A stretch of DNA of 64,000 bases. Source: Candidatus Omnitrophota bacterium (lineage in GTDB: Bacteria > Omnitrophota > Gorgyraeia > Zapsychrales > JANLHA01). Below are positions 9,847 to 20,297 of the stretch, in pieces. The notes under the pieces were generated by a model. It was not told where the DNA came from and ran no database searches. It saw only the letters and a list, made by a program, of their open reading frames with translations. Each line of letters opens with the position of its first letter. Positions within the stretch are counted from its first letter, which is position 1. Made by a program: the position numbers and the translations under genes. The stretch covers positions 268,670 to 332,669 of the forward strand of contig OY759724.1 of NCBI GenBank assembly GCA_963662715.1, read 5' to 3'.

Positions 9847-10272
9847 GTTTTATCTCCATTCATTAAAGTAATAATTTTAGACTTACTTGAAACGAGCTAA
9901 TGCCATATTTGCCTGAGCATCAAAAATTTTTTGCGCAGGAACTACCGCAGCTACGATGTTTTCTATCTGTTCTTTTTGAGTACGTTGCTTCCTGACTTTC
10001 TGGATAAGCTGCTATGACATCCCTAATATAAATTGAAAGCCTCTTTTAAGTTATTATTCGAATAATGCTATTTATATGCCACCGCATAGGCTTGAGCAGA
10101 TTTGGGAAATTTTTTGATTTTGGTTTTCATAATTTTTCCTCTATTTCCCCTTTTTGGATCTAACCCTATCAGAATTCGATTATACTTCATTAAAATTCTT
10201 ATAATACGGCTTCTCAGTACAATTTTTCTCCTGAGAAACGTATAGTTGCTATTTGAAACTTGGCATCGACAT

Positions 10273-12234
10273 TTATATTTTCAACAATTTATTCTTCTCC
10301 GCATATCGCAAGACGGTCCAGACATAAGCGGAGTGACTCCACGTGAGAGGCGAAACACAAAGAGGTGAACCAGTTGTCGGGTGAACCTGCTCGGCAAGCA
10401 CCCCGGACGGAAGCGCATTTTTTCTGCACCATTCAAAATAAGGAAGAGTTGCTTGAAGCTGTTCTTGGCTTTCGGCCTGATCGATAAAATATTCTGCTAA
10501 CCAGAGCGTGGAAATAAACCACGGATTTCCGGGAATATCTTTTGGACAATCAGCTGTGCGCTGATACACATCCCCTTGGTATCTGGCACATCCTTCAACA
10601 GGTGTTTTGAGCCATAACTGATCCCGCACAGAATTAACGGTCTCAATCATTCGCGAATCTTTGGGATTCAAAACTCCAAGAGTTGCCAAGCTTAACAAAC
10701 TGATATCAATTACTTCATCAAGCTCATAACCCCCTTCTACCCTTGAAGCGGAACGGGCATATCTTTTTAAGCTATCATGATAAAGATGTTCCTTAATCCC
10801 CCCCACGATTTCATCAGCCACAGCATCATACTTTTCAGCCAGGGAAGCGTCTTGAAAAAGTTTTGCAAAATTAGCCGCGGCTCTTAAGCCCGCAATCACT
10901 GAGGCCGCCGTATATGCGTGCAGGGCATAACGTTCTTCCCAAAGATCATAAGATGGTAACGGCAATAGCGTCTGAGGATCCCGGTAACTGACGAGAAAAT
11001 CGGCTGCCTTTAGAATAAGGTCATTGTAAAGAGGTCTAACATATTCTATATCTTTTAAACTCTCATAGTGAATCCAAAGAGCCCATAAAGTTAAAGCCGT
11101 TGAGTCTTCCTGTATCGGGAGAACCTCTTTGCCGTCAATTAACCAAGAATGCCAATTACTAGCAAGAGATCCATCTGGATTGTAATGCTGAAATAAATAA
11201 CCTTCGTCCGTTAAAACACGGGCGCAGAAATCAAAATATTTCATACACGCATGCGTATAACCGGCCTTTGCCAAAGCAGCAGCGACAAAAGCTCCGTCTC
11301 GGCCCCACATATATGAATAAGTATCTTTCCCAAAACGAATAATATCAGAATCATTGGCGGCAATAATAGCTCCGTGATTATCAATTTGGGTTCTTAAGAT
11401 CAACAGACTTCGGTCAAAAATGTCGGTTACAGATTTGGGCAAGCATTGGAGGTCTAACGAATCTTTGCCTACCCATGTCTTCCAGTATTGCAACGATCGT
11501 TTGAGGAGATCTTCAGGTGTTTTCTCATGAACTTCCAAATTAAGCTTGGCGACTTCCGGATAAGTCATCCCCGCTGCTATCCAATAATAGGTCGTTGTTG
11601 TCCCTTTCGCAGGCAAATCCAGCCACATGCCGATGGTAGAATGCGGCGATCCCCACGCACAGGCCTCTCCACTAAGTTCTCCGTTTTCTGTTTCTTTTAC
11701 TGTTTCCAAATCTCCCGTCACCTCTCTTCTTCCACATGCAAAATGCTGAACTCCCCACTTGTCATGAGCCCAGCAACTAATCAAAAAATACCGATGAATT
11801 TTGTAATGGATTATCGAACAGCTTCGAGGATCAAAATAAGCAGTACCTCCAATATCATTTCCATAAAGATTGAATTCATGACTGAAGAAAATACGAACTT
11901 CTCGGGCTTTATCTTTTAGATTATTTACTTCGATTTTTTTGATGTAGATGTTTAAATCCAAATCGATCACATCCGAACATCGGATTTCTAACTCCAAGGT
12001 TTCATTCTTTAAAAAAACATCCGTCACAAGACTTTTATCTTGATATCTTAAATCCTTTTTCCACTCGCGCTCTATCCTTGAATATTGACCATCCACCCAT
12101 ATGCCAAAGATAAAAGGTTGTCCACTTGAATGATTTTCCTGTCCGATAAAAGGATAATAAATATCACGAATTTGATAATTCGAATCAAAGTTCAGAAGAA
12201 AAGATCCATTACTTACAGGGATGTCTTTTGGCAT
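10273..12234 (-). CDS. Glycoside hydrolase family 15 protein (glucoamylase/trehalase-like)
   Basis: 653 aa; (alpha/alpha)6-barrel GH15 signatures (LWEERYALHAYTAASVIAGL, WHSWLIDGKE) plus an N-terminal beta-sandwich domain. Confidence 0.75.
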   Translation of the reverse strand: MPKDIPVSNGSFLLNFDSNYQIRDIYYPFIGQENHSSGQPFIFGIWVDGQYSRIEREWKKDLRYQDKSLVTDVFLKNETLELEIRCSDVIDLDLNIYIKKIEVNNLKDKAREVRIFFSHEFNLYGNDIGGTAYFDPRSCSIIHYKIHRYFLISCWAHDKWGVQHFACGRREVTGDLETVKETENGELSGEACAWGSPHSTIGMWLDLPAKGTTTTYYWIAAGMTYPEVAKLNLEVHEKTPEDLLKRSLQYWKTWVGKDSLDLQCLPKSVTDIFDRSLLILRTQIDNHGAIIAANDSDIIRFGKDTYSYMWGRDGAFVAAALAKAGYTHACMKYFDFCARVLTDEGYLFQHYNPDGSLASNWHSWLIDGKEVLPIQEDSTALTLWALWIHYESLKDIEYVRPLYNDLILKAADFLVSYRDPQTLLPLPSYDLWEERYALHAYTAASVIAGLRAAANFAKLFQDASLAEKYDAVADEIVGGIKEHLYHDSLKRYARSASRVEGGYELDEVIDISLLSLATLGVLNPKDSRMIETVNSVRDQLWLKTPVEGCARYQGDVYQRTADCPKDIPGNPWFISTLWLAEYFIDQAESQEQLQATLPYFEWCRKNALPSGVLAEQVHPTTGSPLCVSPLTWSHSAYVWTVLRYAEKNKLLKI

Positions 12235-13409
12235 AATGTCCTTTCGTCTATAATCTGTTGATACAACTCTGCATATTTTCCGGCCATACTAGCGATTGAA
12301 AAATTATCTTTAATGTGACGACGACAGTCACTGGGACTTATTTTGGAAATTATTTTAAACGCTTCAAGCATATCCTGCATTGAATCCAAGACGAAACCTG
12401 TTTTTCCATGAATAACAATTTCCGGTACTGAGCCTTTATTAAACGCCAATACCGGCGTCCCGCATGCCATAGATTCAATTAAGACAAGTCCAAAAGGTTC
12501 ACCCCACTGAACAGGAAAAAGTGTTGCTTGGGCGTGACTGTACCATAGTTTCTTTTGTTCACTATCAATTTCTCCGATATAAATAATTTGTTCTCCTGAA
12601 TTGAGAATAGGTCTCATAACTTTCTTATAATAATCGTTACCAACAAAAGGTCTGTTAGCGTCAGTCACAAAATCAATTGATTTTTCTAATTTCCTAAAAA
12701 ATACCCGGTCTTTTGTTTTATTCTGGACATTTCCGGCAAGAATAAGCTGGGAATCTGTTTTCTTTGCAATCTCTATGGCTTTATCTTGCCCTTTATCTTG
12801 AGTGATTCTTCCAATCGAAAACAGATAGTCCTGTTTGCCAGCATTGCTTTTGAACGGATAATCTTCGACATCAATGCCATGATGAATAACCTTTTGCCCA
12901 TTGACTAAGCCCCGGTGTTGCTTTCTTTGATATTTGCTAATCGGGACAAAATATGCACTAGAAAAAGAATTGAGCGATTCATTCCAACGCTTAAACGACC
13001 CTTTTTCTTCTGCCGGGACATGGAGGGTCATAACAATCGGCAAAGGACTTTTAAAAACACCTTCAAAAATATATTCTGCCATACACGCATCGTGCATATG
13101 GATGATATCAATATCACCTTCTTTTGCTCTTTGAAGCGACGTAGCAAGATGTTCTCGCATTTGTCCCTGCTGTTTACGAGTGTTTTTGCTACAATATTCG
13201 CTGAAGCCATTCTCAATGGTTGTAAAATGTTCCCCAATAACTGACGAATCACCAGAACAGGCAACAATCGAACGGTGACCCAGTTTATGTAACCCTTTGT
13301 CAATGTTATAAATAACCGTCTCAATTGGCCCATAACCCAAATCCTGTCTAATTGGCCTGTTTAACGTTGCGATATGGAGTACTGTTATCTTTTTTGTAGT
13401 TTTTATCAT
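12213..13409 (-). CDS. GT4-family glycosyltransferase
   Basis: 398 aa; C-terminal GT-B nucleotide-sugar motif EPFGLVLIESMACGTPVLAFNKGSVPEIV. Confidence 0.8.
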   Translation of the reverse strand: MIKTTKKITVLHIATLNRPIRQDLGYGPIETVIYNIDKGLHKLGHRSIVACSGDSSVIGEHFTTIENGFSEYCSKNTRKQQGQMREHLATSLQRAKEGDIDIIHMHDACMAEYIFEGVFKSPLPIVMTLHVPAEEKGSFKRWNESLNSFSSAYFVPISKYQRKQHRGLVNGQKVIHHGIDVEDYPFKSNAGKQDYLFSIGRITQDKGQDKAIEIAKKTDSQLILAGNVQNKTKDRVFFRKLEKSIDFVTDANRPFVGNDYYKKVMRPILNSGEQIIYIGEIDSEQKKLWYSHAQATLFPVQWGEPFGLVLIESMACGTPVLAFNKGSVPEIVIHGKTGFVLDSMQDMLEAFKIISKISPSDCRRHIKDNFSIASMAGKYAELYQQIIDERTLCQKTSL

Positions 13410-14631
13410 TTGATATTTTTTTCTTATTTGCGTTAATAAGTTTTATTTTTCTAAATTCTTGTTTAGTTTTTCTGTGAGAGGCATTATCATTATTTTTAAC
13501 AAATTCAGAACTAGAAAAGTTTGGATGTTTGGAGCGGGGCAATGTCATTTTTATTAATTTCTCGATTTTGTTAATATCGTGGCTTTGTGCCGGTGTCGCT
13601 AAAGTTGCGGAATGTCCTTCTTTTCCGGCCCGTCCGGTTCGTCCTATCCGGTGCACGTAATTCTCCACATCATCAGATAAGTCATAGTTAACTACTAATT
13701 CTATCATCTTAACATCAATGCCTCTGGCGGCAATGTCCGTGGCCACTAAGACACGGTATCGGCCACGCTTAAACCCTTCAATAGCCTGGTTTCTTTGTCC
13801 CATAGAGCGGTTAGAATGGATTTCCGTCGACTTAATCCCAAACGCCCGGATATTACGGGCCACGCGGGAAGTTTTATGTTTTGTTCGTGTAAAAACCAAC
13901 ACCGGCCCGCGGTATTGATCCAATAGCATCTTTAAGACATTATTTTTCAAAGATTCCTTCACAATAAACAGCTCTTGCGAAATATCTTTAACAGTCGTTC
14001 CTGACGGGGCAATTTCAACAGTGATCGGTAACAGCATATGCTTCGTTGCTAACTTCAAAATATCCGGCGGCATCGTTGCCGAAAAAAGTAAAGTTTGTTT
14101 TTTATTGGTAACACACCGTAAAATACTTTCGACCTGCGGCGCGAACCCCATATCGAACATCCGGTCAGCTTCATCCAGCACAACGACATGTACTTTTCCC
14201 AGATCTATCGTCGCCCTATAAATATGATCGTTCAGTCTCCCGGGAGTAGCAATAATAACATCGGGATTTCTTTTAAGGCTCGATATTTGTCCAGGCATTT
14301 TAACTCCGCCGATTAATACAACACTTCGCATCGTGAATGACTTTAAGAATGGACTCAAAGCTTCTTCAATTTGCAAAGCTAATTCTCGCGTAGGAACAAG
14401 AATTAAAGCCTGCCCGCCTTCAGATGCCAAACGCTGAATAACCGGAATACCAAACGCCATGGTTTTGCCTGTACCTGTTTGAGCGACACCTATGATATCT
14501 TTCCCCTCCAAAGCGACAGGAATGGCTTTATGTTGTATGGGCGTCGGGGCGATAAATTTTAACTTATTTAATACTTTTAGCATTTCGGGCGCGATGCCTA
14601 AATGATAAAATGTTACATTTGATTGACTCAC
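13348..14631 (-). CDS. DEAD-box ATP-dependent RNA helicase
   Basis: Motifs AQTGTGKT, PTRELA, DEAD (VLDEADRMFDMGF), SAT, HRIGRTGRAG; basic Lys-rich C-terminal tail. Confidence 0.9.
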   Translation of the reverse strand: MSQSNVTFYHLGIAPEMLKVLNKLKFIAPTPIQHKAIPVALEGKDIIGVAQTGTGKTMAFGIPVIQRLASEGGQALILVPTRELALQIEEALSPFLKSFTMRSVVLIGGVKMPGQISSLKRNPDVIIATPGRLNDHIYRATIDLGKVHVVVLDEADRMFDMGFAPQVESILRCVTNKKQTLLFSATMPPDILKLATKHMLLPITVEIAPSGTTVKDISQELFIVKESLKNNVLKMLLDQYRGPVLVFTRTKHKTSRVARNIRAFGIKSTEIHSNRSMGQRNQAIEGFKRGRYRVLVATDIAARGIDVKMIELVVNYDLSDDVENYVHRIGRTGRAGKEGHSATLATPAQSHDINKIEKLIKMTLPRSKHPNFSSSEFVKNNDNASHRKTKQEFRKIKLINANKKKISNDKNYKKDNSTPYRNVKQAN

Positions 14632-14677
14632 AATTCCTCCAAAACGTTTTGTTTATTTTAATATCTTTCCATTGTAT

Positions 14678-14830
14678 AATTTATTTCAAAGTTTCTCCCC
14701 GATGGACATTACAATATTCTTCAGAATTATAAATACTCAACCGCTGTTTACATCCTAACTTTTTACATACTCGTCCACTCTTAAATATTTTAATCTTGCC
14801 AGTTTTCTTTGTTTTTCGAGGATGCTTCAT
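14678..14830 (-). CDS. Small basic zinc-ribbon protein (50 aa), not in ORF track
   Basis: Hand-translated: MKHPRKTKKTGKIKIFKSGRVCKKLGCKQRLSIYNSEEYCNVHRGETLK*, with Cys/His arrangement C-x4-C...C-x2-H. The ATG at 14830 lies 2 nt after the infA stop, suggesting translational coupling. It occupies the position of rpmJ (L36) downstream of infA, but its metal-ligand spacing differs from L36. Confidence 0.35.
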
Positions 14831-14832
14831 AT

Positions 14833-15057
14833 TTAGTTTTTGTGCCTAAATGTTATTCTGCCTTTGCTTAAGTCATACGGTGAAAGACCTAGCGTTACCC
14901 GGTCTCCGGGGATAATCTTAATAAAAAACTTCCTCATCTTTCCAGCCGGATAAGCAGTAACCATGTGCCCGTTTTCTAATTCGACCAAAAACTTCGCGTT
15001 AGACAACGCTTTCGTGACGATTCCTTCAACTTCGATAGCATCTTCTTTAGTCATCAT
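14833..15057 (-). CDS. infA: Translation initiation factor IF-1
   Basis: 74 aa, near-identical architecture to E. coli IF-1 ([47 protein letters not shown]). Confidence 0.9.
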   Translation of the reverse strand: MMTKEDAIEVEGIVTKALSNAKFLVELENGHMVTAYPAGKMRKFFIKIIPGDRVTLGLSPYDLSKGRITFRHKN

Positions 15058-15074
15058 GAAATCCTGTTATGTTC

Positions 15075-15383
15075 TTAATACCTTCTTTCCCCTCTAAAAT
15101 TATTGTTCCGAGGATTTCCTCTTCTCCCTCCATGCGAACTTCTATTCATCTGAGGCCGGGCTTCATTAATTGTAATTCTGCGGCCCTTAATTTCCGTGAT
15201 GCCCTGCATCGCGGCTTGCGCTTCTGTTCTATTTGGCATTTCTACAAAACCAAAGCCTTTAGAATCCCCTGTAAATTTATCTCTGATGATCTTAACAGAT
15301 TCAACGTGCCCGAAGCCTCCAAACACTTCCTGCAAATCATCTCCCGTAACATCATATGAAAAATTACCGATATAAATGTTCAT
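15075..15383 (-). CDS. RRM-type RNA-binding protein
   Basis: 102 aa; RNP-2 (NIYIGNFSY) and RNP-1 (KGFGFVEM) motifs, Gly/Arg-rich tail. Confidence 0.85.
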   Translation of the reverse strand: MNIYIGNFSYDVTGDDLQEVFGGFGHVESVKIIRDKFTGDSKGFGFVEMPNRTEAQAAMQGITEIKGRRITINEARPQMNRSSHGGRRGNPRNNNFRGERRY

Positions 15384-15746
15384 TTCTAAAACTCTCTTTT
15401 TTTCTAATTTTATTTTTTTTTGTCTTTTTTGGCCTGCTTCTGTTTATTGCTTTTCGTCTTATCCTTCTTTCCCTTATCTCCCATGAGTATTCTCCTTTAT
15501 GTCGCAGTTATGATTATTATAATTAGCACCGTCTAATATTAATCGCATCCGCATTAGATCCACCGCCTATTCTTTCAAACCAAACCTGATCTCCGGTTTT
15601 TAGACTGCTCCTGTCTCTTCCCACAATATTTTGCTGTTATTAAAACTGATGATCCAACCCTGCATGTCTGCAATAGTCCCGCCATTGTTATGGCCGGTTA
15701 TGCTTCTTACTTTCCCCTTTTCTATTTATCACTCTCCTTTAAAATA

Positions 15747-16019
15747 TTAGTCATAAGAACAATACAAACTGTTCAGATCATATTCTATCTCTTCAATATC
15801 ATTTTGATGATCTTTTTTTATATATGGACGAATGTGAAATGCAAGGCGTCCTTTATAAGACGACTGTATTTCAAATTCAACTTCCTGCCCTTCCATTAAT
15901 TCAGCGAAAGGTATTTCCCATAAACAGTCCTTATGAAAATGAAGTTCTTCTCCAATGTCTGCATTTATCTTTCCATATTCTTTATCGTGAAATAATTTCG
16001 AGATGGTCCCCACCTGCAT
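15747..16019 (-). CDS. Cold-shock domain (CSD) protein
   Basis: 90 aa; N-terminal GTISKLFHDKEYGKI ... ELHFHKDCL and EGQEVEFEIQSSYKGRLA resemble the CspA fold (GTVKWFN..KGFGFI ... DVFVHFSAI ... EGQKVSFEI). Confidence 0.55.
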   Translation of the reverse strand: MQVGTISKLFHDKEYGKINADIGEELHFHKDCLWEIPFAELMEGQEVEFEIQSSYKGRLAFHIRPYIKKDHQNDIEEIEYDLNSLYCSYD

Positions 16020-16046
16020 AATATGCCTTTCTATATTAAGCCTTCC

Positions 16047-16235
16047 TTATATTGATTGCGATATGGATGTTTTTAATATTATCGACTTCAAAAAAAAACT
16101 GAATCCCCTTGAACTAGACCGATCCCTTTCTATAATACTCGCAGCATAAAATCTGACATCTACATCTGATGCGCGACTTATTGTTCCCAGGCCACAACTT
16201 TTATCATACGATTTGATAATGCCCTTCTCCATCAA
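16047..16235 (-). CDS. Second CSD-like ORF, possibly degenerate
   Basis: N-terminal 38 aa fit the CSD pattern (KGIIKSYDKSCGLGTISRASDVDVRFYAASII), but the C-terminal part diverges to low-complexity sequence across an A9 homopolymer (16086-16094). Confidence 0.35.
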   Translation of the reverse strand: MMEKGIIKSYDKSCGLGTISRASDVDVRFYAASIIERDRSSSRGFSFFLKSIILKTSISQSI

Positions 16236-16652
16236 TAGACCCCCTGAAGCGATTATCCATATATGATTCTTTTAAAAAAAATCCAAAACAAACTTAGCTT
16301 TAATCCATTAATCGTAAAGTTAATAAAATAATAACCTAAAGCCGACCGTTATTTTATCAACCTATCCTATCAATGATGAACTTTCACAAGCTAGAAACCG
16401 ACATTACAAAACCCCTTCTCTCCAGCTTGGTTTTTGTCCTCATCTCCAAGATAACACGATCCGGCATGACATAATGAGCTTCTTTAAAATTTTTAAAAAA
16501 TAAATAGATGAGAATTATGGCAGACTGCCAATAGGAATGTATGGTGAGGCCTGTCTTTGGTGGGATATCTATTCAAATTTTATGTTATAAGTATAACATT
16601 ATATAGAAGCAATAACTATGATTATTTTTGGATGGCGAGTTATCTTGAGCGC

Positions 16653-18227
16653 TCAATTGGATTCCTTTAAATGCTTTTTAGCTTCCTTGAGTTTATCTAT
16701 AAATGGGCCCTTTTTAAATTCTGAAAACCACCCCTTTACAACAAACCATCCCGCGAAACGAACAAGGGTATTTCTCCAGGGACGATACCACTTTTTCCAC
16801 CCCAAGCGAATATTATACAAAAAGAAAATGAGGGTGGGGAAAAAAAATATATTCAAGCCTATTACAAACACATATTTGAACTGATAGAATTTGCCCATAA
16901 TCTTCTTTACGGAGTAAAGCATTTCTTCAGCGGTCATAGGCGCATCTGGTTCAAATACAGGAAAATTGCCATCATAATATTCCCAGCCCACATCTTGTTT
17001 CGGGTAAATTCTATTTTGTTTTTTTAAGCGATTCCGCAATTCTGTTCCTGGTAAAGGAACCGGCAATAAGACTTGCAGTGTGTCAATTTTTGCTTGTCGG
17101 ATAAACCTTCTAAAATGCTTTATTCTTTCTTGAGCTGTCATATGAAAACTTATATTTTCCTTCATCGGATAACCAAAAATAAACATGCCATGGACCAAAA
17201 AACCGGACTTATGAAAGAGCCTCGTTAAGTCGACCATGCCTTGAGGCTTTATATGTTTATTCATGGCGTTCAATTCTTCTTCTATGGGCGATTCGTAACC
17301 GATAGCCACCATGTTTATCCCCGCTTTTCGCATCGCCGTTAGTAATTCTGTATCTTTAGCTTTATCCAATCGAATCTGAGCCGAAAAATCCAACCTTTTA
17401 CCAATGCTTTTTTGATAGTGTTCAAGCATTTGGCAAAATCGTATTGTCTCATTGCGCTGCTGTCCGAACAGATCGTCGACGATAAAAAAATGTCTGGCAT
17501 CTTTGGTTTCCAAGAGAAAACTAATCTGCTGAAGAAGCCTCTCCGGTGTCGCAAACCGGGGCTTACCTTTAACGGTGCAAAACTCGCAATTCATGCCACA
17601 CCCCCGTATTCTTTCCACGGGGTAAACCTTGATTTTTGCATACCGCACGAGAGAAAAATCCGGCAGAGGCAGTTTTTCAAAATCGGTCAGCAAAATTCTT
17701 TTTTCAGTGATAACGACTTTTTCTTTGCTTTTGTATGCTATTCCTTTTATTTTAGGTAAATCTGTTTTAGTTTCCAACGCATGGATAAGCTCTTTTATAG
17801 TCTCTTCCCCTTCACCGATAACCACATAATCAATATGCGAATTCAACGCTTCTTCAATATTTTCATCAACAAAGTGTTGCCCGCCTGCGATAGTAATAAT
17901 CCCCTTGTTTTTATAAAAACGGGCAATATTATACAGTCGTGGTATTGTGCTGGTTAATCCGCCATACAATCCAACAACATCCGCTGGTCTCAGTTGTTGC
18001 AACAATTCATGGTCAGCCCCTATTGGGGGACTTTTGGGGCCATATCGACGAAGATTATTTTCATCAATAACCTCAACATCCCATCTTTCCATTTTATTAA
18101 CAACACTGGCAATAGACACAGGTCCTAACGCAGTCGTTTTATTAGCAATATTTGAATAAATATTAAACGTCGGAAAAGCCGGAATGACGATTCTGAATCT
18201 GTGTCTTTTCTTTGATTTATTTAACAT
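16653..18227 (-). CDS. B12-binding domain radical SAM protein
   Basis: 524 aa; N-terminal cobalamin-binding-like domain, CxxxCxxC cluster motif (CGMNCEFC), and an unusual C-terminal hydrophobic extension. Confidence 0.85.
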   Translation of the reverse strand: MLNKSKKRHRFRIVIPAFPTFNIYSNIANKTTALGPVSIASVVNKMERWDVEVIDENNLRRYGPKSPPIGADHELLQQLRPADVVGLYGGLTSTIPRLYNIARFYKNKGIITIAGGQHFVDENIEEALNSHIDYVVIGEGEETIKELIHALETKTDLPKIKGIAYKSKEKVVITEKRILLTDFEKLPLPDFSLVRYAKIKVYPVERIRGCGMNCEFCTVKGKPRFATPERLLQQISFLLETKDARHFFIVDDLFGQQRNETIRFCQMLEHYQKSIGKRLDFSAQIRLDKAKDTELLTAMRKAGINMVAIGYESPIEEELNAMNKHIKPQGMVDLTRLFHKSGFLVHGMFIFGYPMKENISFHMTAQERIKHFRRFIRQAKIDTLQVLLPVPLPGTELRNRLKKQNRIYPKQDVGWEYYDGNFPVFEPDAPMTAEEMLYSVKKIMGKFYQFKYVFVIGLNIFFFPTLIFFLYNIRLGWKKWYRPWRNTLVRFAGWFVVKGWFSEFKKGPFIDKLKEAKKHLKESN

Positions 18228-18476
18228 TATTAGGATTTAATTTTTGTAAATATCAGCTTTTCTTATATCAATTTTGGGCAGCTAGGACTTTTGTGAATTG
18301 GGTGGATTAAAAAAACTCTAGACCCAATTCTAAAAAAAATTTGTATAACCAAATTAATTTCAACTATTTATAGCATTTATCAGCCTCAGCAGTATTTCAC
18401 CGTAGTGATACGTACGGTCAGCCCACAAATTTTTAGATAAATTTTTTTCATAAGTATTGAGGTTAATCTATATATT

Positions 18477-19047
18477 TTAAAAATCTATCATAAATGTCTT
18501 TCTCATCAAATAATGAGGGATCCTTGATGGCTCCCCCGGCCGCCGGCGTAATGATCCCGTATCCACATGGATACCAATTGCCAAAGCCGTAGCCACATCA
18601 GGCGTGGGAACAATACCGTTCTCCTGTAAATACAAGGCAATAATCGTCGAGGAAGCACCGTATTCACTTCGGATATCAAGAAAGTCAACATCGTCCGGCT
18701 TGACTCCCAGGTGATGGTCGATGACGCCTATGACCGTTCCCCGTTCGCTAGCAACATTGTCATTACCCTTGCAGCCGTCAACAATGATCACTTGATCTTC
18801 TTCCTTAATATCGGCACCTTCCACGTTTCGCATGACAATACCCAGGATCTTTAACCATACGTTCAATGGGATTGGTCTGCAACTCTCCTTCATATAGGAT
18901 CGATGCCTCGATCCCGTTCTTTTTTAAAAAATACTGCAACCCGAACGCCGAAGCTACAGCATCAGGATCCGGAAAATCATGAGTCTGTATTAAAACAGCC
19001 TTGTCTTTGTTTAAAACGTGAAGTAATCTTTGTGATTTTGTATTCAT
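18477..19047 (-). pseudogene. DHH-family phosphoesterase (NrnA-like), frameshifted and C-terminally truncated
   Basis: ORF 18805..19047 carries the NrnA-like N-terminus (VLIQTHDFPDPDAVASAFGLQYFLKKNGIE). Overlapping ORF 18477..18893 in another frame carries the DHH motif (VIGVIDHHLG). No DHHA1 domain follows. Confidence 0.55.
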
Positions 19048-19084
19048 AAGAACTTACCGGTATTCTTTCTATCCTTTTATCTTC

Positions 19085-19399
19085 TTATTTCCCCTGATTA
19101 ATCACCGTATTAGTCGCCTGTTTCAGCGTTTCTTCATCTGCCAGATAATATGATTTTAACGGTTTTAATGTTTCATCCAGTTCATAAACCAGGGGGATAC
19201 CTGTAGGTATATTTAAATTGACAATATCTTTATCGGAAATATTATCTAAATATTTAACCAACGCTCTTAAACTATTTCCGTGTGCAGAGATGATTATTCG
19301 TTTGCTTTCACGTAAATAAGGTTCGATATCGCTATGCCAATAAGGCAAAAATCTGTTTACCGTATCTTTTAGGCTTTCACAGTGTTTCCTAAATATCAA
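19085..19399 (-). pseudogene. gpmA: 2,3-bisphosphoglycerate-dependent phosphoglycerate mutase, 3' fragment only
   Basis: 104 aa matching the C-terminal third of GpmA ([49 protein letters not shown]...NQGK). An in-frame stop lies immediately upstream and the apparent start is a non-ATG codon. The N-terminal catalytic-His half is absent. Confidence 0.7.
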
Positions 19400-19511
19400 T
19401 CATTTTTCTTACATGCCCATATCTAGCCTTAGCTATTTTTTCCATAGTCATCCTGCGTATCTTCTCCATACGGTCATCCAAACACTTTAAGATATACTTT
19501 TTTACTCATAG

Positions 19512-20297
19512 TTATATAAAAATGTCTTGATTCAAAGTACCGTACTTTGAGAAACAAACACGTAACGTCAGAAAAATGGTGAGAAAAACACTTGTAATAG
19601 TACTAACCACAATTCCTATCATAATCATAATTTGATATTTAATAGCCACTTCAGGGCTCGTTCCTCCTAATATAACACCTGTCATCATTCCTGGTAGGGC
19701 TACTATCCCCATAGTTGCCATTGATGCAAGCGTTGGTTTAAGAGCAAGTTGAACACTTTCTCTCAAATAGGGTAAAATAGCTTCGTTGAAAGTTGCACCG
19801 AGAGATAATGTGTATAGAAACCTTTTTGTGTCTTTTTTGATATTTTTATAAAAAGCGGAAATGCCGATAATATTGCCTCTTAAAGAATTACCCAGAAGCA
19901 TTCCCCCGAGAACGATCAAATATCTGGCGTCAAAAATATAATCAAGTCGTATGACAAATATGTTGATATAAAAAATAACCGCAAATGTTGCTATAGCGAA
20001 TGATATAAAAACCGGCACAAGGATTTTACCCGGCTTCATCGAAGATCCGCGAATAGCCGAAAAAACCGCTACTAAAATCATCACAATAAGCCATGATAGG
20101 TTAATATAAGCTTTATTCCATAAAAACAGATATTTCAAAAACACACCGATAAGAACAAGCTGAACGGTCATCCTGCCGGCGGAAGTCAAAAGCGGTTTAA
20201 TAAGGTCGAGGCCGTAAAGACGGCTTAAAATAACCGGGACAGCCAACAATAAGAATGCTAATAACAGCGAATATACAGAAATATCTATTGTTTCCAC
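19512..20297 (-). CDS. ABC transporter permease, FetB/YbbM-like
   Basis: 261 aa, about 7 TM; overlaps the upstream ATPase gene by 13 nt (operon). Confidence 0.65.
   Translation of the reverse strand: METIDISVYSLLLAFLLLAVPVILSRLYGLDLIKPLLTSAGRMTVQLVLIGVFLKYLFLWNKAYINLSWLIVMILVAVFSAIRGSSMKPGKILVPVFISFAIATFAVIFYINIFVIRLDYIFDARYLIVLGGMLLGNSLRGNIIGISAFYKNIKKDTKRFLYTLSLGATFNEAILPYLRESVQLALKPTLASMATMGIVALPGMMTGVILGGTSPEVAIKYQIMIMIGIVVSTITSVFLTIFLTLRVCFSKYGTLNQDIFI

Noticed and set aside
14678-14830. Calling the 50-aa Zn-ribbon ORF ribosomal protein L36 (rpmJ)
   Set aside because: Position after infA fits, but L36 has C-x2-C...C-x4-H spacing and is 37-46 aa. This ORF has C-x4-C...C-x2-H, so it is reported only as a small Zn-ribbon ORF.
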